Positions 48,879-56,037 of a stretch of 64,000 nucleotides of DNA are shown piece after piece. The notes below the pieces were generated by a model, which saw only the letters and a program-made list of their open reading frames with translations, was not told the DNA's origin and made no database searches. Source of the DNA: Longimicrobiales bacterium (lineage in GTDB: Bacteria > Gemmatimonadota > Gemmatimonadetes > Longimicrobiales > Gaopeijiaceae). How positions within the stretch are numbered: position 1 is the stretch's first letter; every line of letters begins with the position of its first letter. A program made the position numbers and the translations under genes. The stretch lies in assembly GCA_965202985.1 (NCBI GenBank), contig CBDBCF010000002.1:608001-672000 (forward strand), read 5' to 3'.

Positions 48879-48908
48879 AAGCTACCCGCAGGCGCAGGCA
48901 GAGGTCAA
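48879..48908 (-). promoter_or_regulatory. Putative sigma70 promoter giving a leaderless iscA mRNA
   Basis: TTGACC-18nt-TAGCTT, 5 nt before ATG 48873. Confidence 0.6.
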
Positions 48909-48949
48909 CGTCGGGCGCAGGACCGGCGCGTCAAAGCGCCGCCCCGAAC

Positions 48950-49456
48950 TCAGGCCAGGGCCGCCCTCATCTTGGCCAGCGTGCGGCGGTGAACGGTGCG
49001 CACGGTCGCGGCGGGCATCCCCATGCGCCGCCCGATATCCACGAAGGTGCGCCCTTCCAAGTAGTGCTCGTGCATGATCGTTCGCTCGCGCTCCGACAAG
49101 TCGCACGTTTCGGCGATCAGTGCCGCGCAACGGACTTCGGGAGATTCGGGCGCCACGGCCTCTCCGGGCGGACGCTGGGACTTGAACCGCTCCAGCGTGT
49201 TGCGTCGGCCCGCTTCTCGACGGTTCTGGCGGAGGGCGACCAGTCGGAGCGCTCGGCGCATCCATACGCGGAACTTCGGTTCCGGAAGGGCCAGCACCCC
49301 GCGCTCCACGGCGACCACCAGGGTCTCCTGCACGACATCGTCGACATCGGCCGAATCGCGACAGAACTGCGCCGCCCGAGCGCGAAACTCCGGCCCGCAT
49401 CGTTCATACATCTCGCGAAGCCTCTTGTTCTCCTCGCGACTCCCAGCTTTGGCCAC
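48950..49456 (-). CDS. ECF-type RNA polymerase sigma factor
   Basis: Region 2 'DVDDVVQETL..FRVWM', region 4 'LSERER..HYLEGRTFVDIG..MG...TVRT'; AGGAGGT RBS before GTG 49456. Confidence 0.8.
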   Translation of the reverse strand: MAKAGSREENKRLREMYERCGPEFRARAAQFCRDSADVDDVVQETLVVAVERGVLALPEPKFRVWMRRALRLVALRQNRREAGRRNTLERFKSQRPPGEAVAPESPEVRCAALIAETCDLSERERTIMHEHYLEGRTFVDIGRRMGMPAATVRTVHRRTLAKMRAALA

Positions 49457-49487
49457 TTGGAAGACCTCCTTCTCGTAACCCTTTACT

Positions 49488-50726
49488 CTACTTCTGGCGC
49501 ACCAGCCTCCTTCCGACAACATATGGAATGTCCAGCGAGTCGCGCCGGGTGCCCCAAACGTGCGTCTCCGTCGCGTCCATGAGCCGGAAACCTCTGGGCA
49601 AGAGCACTTTGCGCGCGGGCGACTCCACGTCTCCTCTGGGAAAAGAGTACCACGCGGGCAGCGTGTCGGCCCCACGGATCGAAAGCCAGATGTGGCCGGA
49701 CGAGGACAGCATTAGGCTGCTGACCGGAGGGAAGTACCCGGATTCGGGCACGTACATGGCTTCGACAACCTTCTTTCGCAAGTCGCCGGTACCCGACAAT
49801 CCTCCCGGCATTCTGCTGACGAAGCGCTCGACCATTTCGGTACGCTGGTCGGCGTACCAAGCCACCTGTTCCGGCGTGATCGGGATCGGGGCAACCGTGT
49901 CTTGCCGACGCCACAACGTGTCTCCGCCGGCCGCGATTTCCAGGATCTCAATGAGTCCCGGCCCCCCCTTGCGACGCACGACGACCAAGGTCCCGGTGCC
50001 GAGATCGACCTCGTGAAGATCTTGGTCCGACAGCGGCTGTGCCGTCACCAAGGGGCTGCGGTCCCCTTCTCGGGGCTTCATGTGGAAGGTCGCGTTCGCT
50101 TGGTCCAACCTGTAGATCTCGTCCAGCGTCCATCCTTGATCGGTCTCCCGAATGTGGTAGACGGGTATCTGATCGACGGGATCATCGCCGTCAAGTCCCA
50201 ACTCTACTCTCGTGGGCAACTCTGCTACACCCATGTAGCTTCCGTCCGAAAGATGCGCTTCCGCTTTGATGCGGGAGCCTCGAAAGCTGACCGACATGGG
50301 AGGGTTCGGAGCGGTGCTCAGCACCTCTCCGTCAAAGGAGAGCTCGGTGAACCGCTGCGTGTCGCGCACGCGAAAGCTCGACGCGCCCAGGTGAACGCGA
50401 TATGGGCCGATGAACTCTCCCGGACCCGCTCCTCGCCGCTCCCGGTCAAAGAGCAGCGATCCCTCCGGCGTCCAGATCGTAACCCTGCTCTCGTTGGGCT
50501 CCAGCACAAGCACGCGACCCTCGTCGGCGCGCACGAGATGCACCCAAGAGAAGGCGGCGGGTCCTTCGTAGGCAGGCCCGATCTTGAACTCGGCCTCGGA
50601 GGTCCAGACCGTTTGCGTGGGAACCTGCGGGCCGGAACGCATGTCCGGCCCGCAGGCGACCACCAGGACGAGAAGCCACAGCCCCAAGGGCGCGACTCGT
50701 CCTGCCCGACCGGTCCGTCGCTTCAC
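49488..50726 (-). CDS. Lipoprotein, probable 6-bladed beta-propeller (copy B)
   Basis: Lipobox-like LVVAC, 'RRGAGPGEF' motif, C-terminal 'VWG.RRDSLDIPYVV'; GTGA overlap with the upstream gene; fold is inferred. Confidence 0.7.
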   Translation of the reverse strand: MKRRTGRAGRVAPLGLWLLVLVVACGPDMRSGPQVPTQTVWTSEAEFKIGPAYEGPAAFSWVHLVRADEGRVLVLEPNESRVTIWTPEGSLLFDRERRGAGPGEFIGPYRVHLGASSFRVRDTQRFTELSFDGEVLSTAPNPPMSVSFRGSRIKAEAHLSDGSYMGVAELPTRVELGLDGDDPVDQIPVYHIRETDQGWTLDEIYRLDQANATFHMKPREGDRSPLVTAQPLSDQDLHEVDLGTGTLVVVRRKGGPGLIEILEIAAGGDTLWRRQDTVAPIPITPEQVAWYADQRTEMVERFVSRMPGGLSGTGDLRKKVVEAMYVPESGYFPPVSSLMLSSSGHIWLSIRGADTLPAWYSFPRGDVESPARKVLLPRGFRLMDATETHVWGTRRDSLDIPYVVGRRLVRQK

Positions 50727-51202
50727 CCGCCGATCCCCGACTTGGCAGGCCGGGGCTTCGTCACCCCTTCGGGTACAAGCTCGACTCCGATTTCCGCCGC
50801 CGCGACACGGTACACGGGCTCCCCGTTGCACTTTCGGCGGAAGACGATATCGGGTCCGGCGACAGCGTAGTACAGTGGTCCGTCCGCCGGCATGGAGTTG
50901 CCAACCTTGAGACTGGCCAGTGCCATCGGAAGGTGTTCTTCCACTGTACCGTCGGCGGCGGCGGCTTCGCACGAAGCGCCGTATTCTTGGCACATGCAGA
51001 CGAAGCCGGGGCGGCCGTCCTCGTTTTCGCCTTCGAAGCCATCTTGGCCGCAGTTCGCGGACCCCCCTTCCTGGGCTCCCGCGCAGCCCCTCCCATGCCC
51101 GTAGGAGCAGTCCTTGCACTCCATGCACTGCGCCGAGGCTTGGTCGGGGAGCGCGGCCACCGCGAAGACGGCCAGCAGGATGAACAGAATGCGATAGGTC
51201 AT
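50723..51202 (-). CDS. Secreted cysteine-rich small protein (159 aa)
   Basis: AGGAG RBS, Sec signal ending ASA-Q, 8 Cys in the first ~55 mature residues plus one later Cys. Confidence 0.75.
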   Translation of the reverse strand: MTYRILFILLAVFAVAALPDQASAQCMECKDCSYGHGRGCAGAQEGGSANCGQDGFEGENEDGRPGFVCMCQEYGASCEAAAADGTVEEHLPMALASLKVGNSMPADGPLYYAVAGPDIVFRRKCNGEPVYRVAAAEIGVELVPEGVTKPRPAKSGIGG

Positions 51203-51292
51203 GTCACGTTCTCCTAGTTGAGGCGGGTTTCGGTCGCTAAAAGGACTAGGCCTGCTTCGGCATCTTGCCGCCAGGCACGGTTCCGCCGTGTG

Positions 51293-51308
51293 TGCCAATT
51301 AAGTGCCA
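51293..51308 (-). promoter_or_regulatory. Putative sigma54 (-24/-12) promoter
   Basis: TGGCACTTAATTGGCA matches TGGCAC-N5-TTGC(A/T) with correct GG-N10-GC spacing, ~90 nt upstream of the Cys-rich gene. Confidence 0.55.
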
Positions 51309-51337
51309 CCCAGCCCCCGAAACGTTTCAACGCTCCG

Positions 51338-52564
51338 CTACTTCTGGCGCACCAACCTCCTTCCGACAACGTATGGAATGTCCAGCGAGTCACGCCGGGT
51401 GCCCCAAACGTGCGTCTCCGTCGCGTCCATGAGCCGGAAACCTCTGGGCAACAGCACCTTGCGCGCGGGCGACTCCACGTCTCCCCTGGGGAAAGTGTGC
51501 CACGCCGGCAGCGTGTCGGCCTCATGCTCGGTCCGGATCCGAAGCCAGACGTGGCCGGACGAGGACAGCATGAGACGACGGACCGCAGGCAGGTACCCGG
51601 ATTCGGGCACGTACATGGCCTCGATGGCCTTCTTTCGCAGGTCACCGGCACCTGACAGTCCGGGCATTCTGCTCATCTCGGTGTGCAGGTCGGCGTACTC
51701 GGCCAGCAACTCGGGGGTGATCGGGATCGGGGCAACCATGTCTTGGCGCCGCCACAACGTGTCTCCGCCGGCCGCGATCTCGAGGACCTCGACGAGTCCC
51801 GGGCCCCCCTTGCGACGCACAACGACCAAGGCTCCGGTACCGAGATCGACCTCGTGCAGATCTTGGTCCGACAACAGCTGCGCCGTCGACATGGAGGCAT
51901 CTTCGCCATACTCCACCCGGAAGATCGAGTTCGCTTGGTCCAGCCTGTAGATCTCGCCCAGCGTCCACCCTTGATCGGTCTCTCGTATGCGAAAGACGGG
52001 TATCTGATCGACGGGATCATTACCGTCAATCCCCATCCGTACTCTTGCGGACAACGCCGCCACACCCACGTAGCTCCCGTCCGAAAGATGCGCTTCCGCT
52101 CGGACGCGGGAGCCTCGAAAGCTGGCCGACGTGGGAGGGTTCGGAGCGGTGCTCAGCACCTCGCCGTCGTAGGAGAGCTCGGTGAAGCGCTGTCGGTCGC
52201 GCACTCGAAAGCTCGACGCGCCCAGGTGAACGCGATATGGGCCGCTGAACTCTCCCGGTCCTGCTCCTCGCCGCTCCCGGTCAAAGAGCAGCGATCCCTC
52301 CGGCGTCCAGATCGTAACCCTGCTCTCGTTGGGCTCCAGCACAAGCACGCGACCCTCGTCGGCGCGCACGAGATGCACCCAAGAGAAGGCGGCGGGTCCT
52401 TCGTAGGCAGGCCCGATCTTGAACTCGGCCTCGGAGGTCCAGACCGTTTGCGCGGGAACCTGCGGGCCGGAGCGCGCGTCCGGCCTGCAAGCGACCACCA
52501 GGACGAGAAGCCACAGCCCCAAGGGCACGACGGCCCTCGGCAGGAATGGAATGCGACGAGTCAT
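51338..52564 (-). CDS. Lipoprotein, probable 6-bladed beta-propeller (copy A)
   Basis: Close paralogue of 49488-50726; lipobox-like LVVAC; ATGA overlap with the gmhB stop. Confidence 0.7.
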   Translation of the reverse strand: MTRRIPFLPRAVVPLGLWLLVLVVACRPDARSGPQVPAQTVWTSEAEFKIGPAYEGPAAFSWVHLVRADEGRVLVLEPNESRVTIWTPEGSLLFDRERRGAGPGEFSGPYRVHLGASSFRVRDRQRFTELSYDGEVLSTAPNPPTSASFRGSRVRAEAHLSDGSYVGVAALSARVRMGIDGNDPVDQIPVFRIRETDQGWTLGEIYRLDQANSIFRVEYGEDASMSTAQLLSDQDLHEVDLGTGALVVVRRKGGPGLVEVLEIAAGGDTLWRRQDMVAPIPITPELLAEYADLHTEMSRMPGLSGAGDLRKKAIEAMYVPESGYLPAVRRLMLSSSGHVWLRIRTEHEADTLPAWHTFPRGDVESPARKVLLPRGFRLMDATETHVWGTRRDSLDIPYVVGRRLVRQK

Positions 52565-53208
52565 GGCACATGCTCCTCTGTGGAAGGTGGATCGTACATC
52601 CGTTCCAGGCGTACCGTCCGGCGGCCCGCACTCTCGGCCTCCAGCGCCTCCACGAGTTCGGCCGCCGCCGCCAGGTCGTCCACGACCCGGTACTCGGGCG
52701 AAAGGGCCGATTCCTCCTCCCGGCCCCAGCCGGTGCGGACAAGGATTCCGGTGCCGTTCAAGGCGCGGGCGGGCTCCACGTCGCTGGCCTTGTCGCCCAC
52801 ATAGTAGGATCCCCGGGTGACGAGGCCAAGGTCGCGGGCAGCTGTGCGGTGCATGAGGGTGCTGGGCTTGCGGCAGGTCGTCCTGGGGTCGCCGCCGGGG
52901 GGGTCGGGGCAGTAGTAGACGCCGTCCATGACCACGCCGGCCTGGGCCAGCCGGCGTTCCACCTCCGCAGCCACGCGCCGGTAGTCGTCGACGCCGTAGA
53001 GTCCGCGGCCGATCCCGGACTGGTTGGTGACCAGGACCAGGGCTAGCCCCATGGCCTTGAGGCGAAGGAGCGCGTCCGCGGCGCCGGGGACCAGCGAGAC
53101 GCCGGCCGGGTCCGACAGGTAGTGGCGCTCCACGATAATCGTGCCGTCGCGGTCCACGAACGCGGCCCGGCGGAGGGGCGTGCCGTCTTGTGGCAGGGGA
53201 AGCGTCAT
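52561..53208 (-). CDS. gmhB: D,D-heptose 1,7-bisphosphate phosphatase (HAD IIIA)
   Basis: FVDRDGT, VTNQSGIGRG, YYCPD..CRKP, VGDKASD. Confidence 0.88.
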   Translation of the reverse strand: MTLPLPQDGTPLRRAAFVDRDGTIIVERHYLSDPAGVSLVPGAADALLRLKAMGLALVLVTNQSGIGRGLYGVDDYRRVAAEVERRLAQAGVVMDGVYYCPDPPGGDPRTTCRKPSTLMHRTAARDLGLVTRGSYYVGDKASDVEPARALNGTGILVRTGWGREEESALSPEYRVVDDLAAAAELVEALEAESAGRRTVRLERMYDPPSTEEHVP

Positions 53209-54590
53209 CGGCCGCCCAAGCGGCGGGTCGCGGCGGCCAGGGCCGCAGCCACGACCGGGTCCTGCTCGGGAAGGACGGTGCGGAAGTCCAGCACGACCCG
53301 GCCTTCGCGGCTGCGAGCGACGACCGGCGGGTCGTGTGCCCGCAACGCCGCCGTCCATGCGTCGGCGCCGGAGCCGGGTGCCGGTATGCGCAGCACCGCA
53401 GTGGGAAGACTCGCGTCCGGGCAGGTCCCGCCGCCCACCACCGACCACCCCGCCCCAACTTCGGCGTCCAGCTCCGGCACGCGCTCCAGCACGGCCCGGA
53501 CGCGCCGCTCGAGCACGGCCGGCGTCTGGGCGATCATGCGCAGGGCGGGAACGCGCTCCTTTGCCCGCTCCGGGTCCCGGTACAGCGTCAGCGTGGCTTC
53601 CAGGCCAGCCAGGGTCGTCTTGTCGCATCGCAGCGCCCGGCACAAGGGGTGCGACTTGGCCAACGTCACGTGCTTCCTGGTTCCGGCCAAGACGCCCGCC
53701 TGGGGGCCGCCCAGCAGCTTGTCGCAGGAGAACACGACCAGATCGGCGCCCGCCGCGACGCTCTCGGCCGGGGTCGGCTCCGGGGGAAGCCCCAGGTCAG
53801 CGGCGTCCGCCAGGAGGCCCGAGCCAAGGTCGTGCACGAGCGGCAGCCCTTGAGCGGCGGTCAGCGGGGCAAGCTCCTCCAGGCCCGCGTGTCCGGTGAA
53901 GCCGGTCAGCCGGAAGTTGGAGCGGTGGACCTTGAGGACGGCTCCGACGCCGCCGGCTTCCAGCGCTCGGGCGTAGTCTTCGGCTCGGGTCCGGTTCGTG
54001 GTGCCGACGGGCACGAGCCGCGCCCCGGCGGCCTCCACGACCTCGGGAATGCGAAAGCCGCCGCCGATCTCCACCAGTTCGCCGTGCGACACGACGACGC
54101 CCTTGCCCCGCGCCAGGGCCGTCAGCGCCAGGGCCAGGGCGCCGGCGCCGTTATTCACCACCAGGGCGTCTTCGGCCCCGGCGAGCTCCGCGAGCAGGCT
54201 TGCGCAGTGGACGTAGCGGGAGCCCCGCCGGCCCGCGTCCAGGTCGAACTCGAGGTTCCCGTAGCCGGTCGCCGCGGCCATGGCGCTCGCGGCCTCCGAC
54301 GCCAGCGGGGCGCGGCCCAGGTTGGTGTGCAGCACTACGCCGGTCGCATTCACCACGGGCCGGAGCGAGGGCATGGACGCTCGGTCCGTCTCCGCGTAGA
54401 CGAGCGCCGCCCAGCCTTCGTCGTCCGCGGGGGCGGCTAGCCCGCCGGACCGGACGTGCCCCAGCACCGCACGCACGCGGTCCGCAACCCAGGCGCGGCC
54501 GTGGAGCGCCGCCAGTTCCTTGCACCAGGGGCACCCCAGAAGGTGGTCCACGCCGGGGATCGAGCGGCGCGGGTCCGGCCGTCCCTTCAC
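53205..54590 (-). CDS. selA: L-seryl-tRNA(Sec) selenium transferase
   Basis: NATGVVLHTNLGRAP, NLEFDL..G.RGSR, VNNGAGA, GELVEIGGGFRIP, VGTTNRT, DLGSG, FSCDKLLGGPQAG (PLP Lys). Confidence 0.95.
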   Translation of the reverse strand: MKGRPDPRRSIPGVDHLLGCPWCKELAALHGRAWVADRVRAVLGHVRSGGLAAPADDEGWAALVYAETDRASMPSLRPVVNATGVVLHTNLGRAPLASEAASAMAAATGYGNLEFDLDAGRRGSRYVHCASLLAELAGAEDALVVNNGAGALALALTALARGKGVVVSHGELVEIGGGFRIPEVVEAAGARLVPVGTTNRTRAEDYARALEAGGVGAVLKVHRSNFRLTGFTGHAGLEELAPLTAAQGLPLVHDLGSGLLADAADLGLPPEPTPAESVAAGADLVVFSCDKLLGGPQAGVLAGTRKHVTLAKSHPLCRALRCDKTTLAGLEATLTLYRDPERAKERVPALRMIAQTPAVLERRVRAVLERVPELDAEVGAGWSVVGGGTCPDASLPTAVLRIPAPGSGADAWTAALRAHDPPVVARSREGRVVLDFRTVLPEQDPVVAAALAAATRRLGGR

Positions 54591-56035
54591 GGGCGCGGGC
54601 TGGGTCGCGGGGTCTCCGCGCACGGCTCGGCAGCGGGAGGGCGCGACCGCGCGACCGGCAGCGTGTCCGTCGAGAGAGTGTTGTCCAACTGCGCGGGGGC
54701 GGCCAGCGTGTCCGTAGCCAGCGTGTCGACGGCCGCGGCCGCGCTGTCCACAACAGCCGCACCGGCGCTGTCCACCGGCGCGGCCGCGCTGTCTTGCGCC
54801 AATTCTTCCCAGACGAACACGGCCGTCTGACGACCGCCGACCACGCCGCCCAAGTTGGCCACGCCGGACAAGCTCGCCTCGTAGGGCACTCCGCGCTCCA
54901 GAGGCTCTTCCACGACGCCCACCATCGCCTGCGACGGCAACAGAAGGCCCGACAGGCCCACCGGGTCCTGGCCGGCGGCGTCCTCCGGGCCACCCGGGTC
55001 CGCCGTCGCAGCGGCCCCCGCCGAGCCCTCCCGGCCCGCCCCCTCGGCGCCGGACTCGGTCGTGTCGGCTCGCGCCGCCCGAGCCGCCGAATCCGCCCGC
55101 TCCGCCTGCCAGCGCCGGTACTCGTGCTCGTGGAAGAAGAGAACCGCCAGCCGCACGGTGTCGCCGCCCTCGGCTTCGCGGCCGATCGTGCCCTCCACGG
55201 CCACGCCGGGGCGGTACGGCTCCAGGTAGTCGTCGAAGTCGAACCGCAGCGTGACCGAGTCGTCCACCGCCACCTTGGCCAAGCGGGCCGGCGTCGTGTC
55301 CGGCTCCACCAGGGACAGCACAAGCAGGTTCGTGTCCGGCTGGGCGGCCAAGCGGGCGTTCTGGTACTCGCTCCTGGGCTCGCTCGCGTTCAGGGTGTCG
55401 TTGCGGTTGAGGTCCTGCCAAGCGCGAACTCGGGCGGCGCCTGCGGGCAGGTAGCGCAGCGAGAAGAGGCCGTCGGGTCCCGTGGTGTTCCAGTGGACCG
55501 CGGGCGCGCCCCCTTCTCCGCCGCCGCCGTCGAACTCGGCGTCCACGCGCACGCCCGCCGCGGCCTCGCCCGTGACGCGGTCCTCCACGACGCCGCCGAT
55601 CACGTTGGGCACGAACTCGGGCCCGGTGGACACGACCAGGTCGAAGGGGTCGCGCAGCGGGTTGTCGAACATGTCCGCGATTACCGGGAGCACGGTGACC
55701 CGATAGACCCGGCCGGGCAGAAGGGCGCGCTGGACCTTGACGGCGATGCCGTCTCGACCGTGCTCCACGCGCACATTGCCCGAAGCGGGCGACACGATCA
55801 CGGCGTCGTCCAGGCGGCCCTGGGACGGGCGTTCGCGGATCCGTTCGCTGAACCGAAAGTGGAACTCGGTTTCCCCTGGCTCCACTTGGGCGAAGGTGTC
55901 CGGGCGCGTCTCGACCACATAGGGCGGGAAGCGGTCCTCGGGTCCGCCCGGCGGCGCCTCCGGGCGCGCGCAACCCGCGACGGCGACCACCCCCAGCCCA
56001 GTCGCCAGCGAAAGGGCCGCCGTCGCCCGCGGCAA
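54587..56035 (-). CDS. Lipoprotein with bacterial Ig-like (Big_5-like) and carboxypeptidase-regulatory-like domains
   Basis: Lipobox VAGC followed by 'A....PPGGP.D..PP', 'FRFSE', 'DGLFSLRYLPAG', 'DLNRN'; start uncertain. Confidence 0.65.
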   Translation of the reverse strand: MPRATAALSLATGLGVVAVAGCARPEAPPGGPEDRFPPYVVETRPDTFAQVEPGETEFHFRFSERIRERPSQGRLDDAVIVSPASGNVRVEHGRDGIAVKVQRALLPGRVYRVTVLPVIADMFDNPLRDPFDLVVSTGPEFVPNVIGGVVEDRVTGEAAAGVRVDAEFDGGGGEGGAPAVHWNTTGPDGLFSLRYLPAGAARVRAWQDLNRNDTLNASEPRSEYQNARLAAQPDTNLLVLSLVEPDTTPARLAKVAVDDSVTLRFDFDDYLEPYRPGVAVEGTIGREAEGGDTVRLAVLFFHEHEYRRWQAERADSAARAARADTTESGAEGAGREGSAGAAATADPGGPEDAAGQDPVGLSGLLLPSQAMVGVVEEPLERGVPYEASLSGVANLGGVVGGRQTAVFVWEELAQDSAAAPVDSAGAAVVDSAAAAVDTLATDTLAAPAQLDNTLSTDTLPVARSRPPAAEPCAETPRPSPRP

Positions 56036-56037
56036 CG

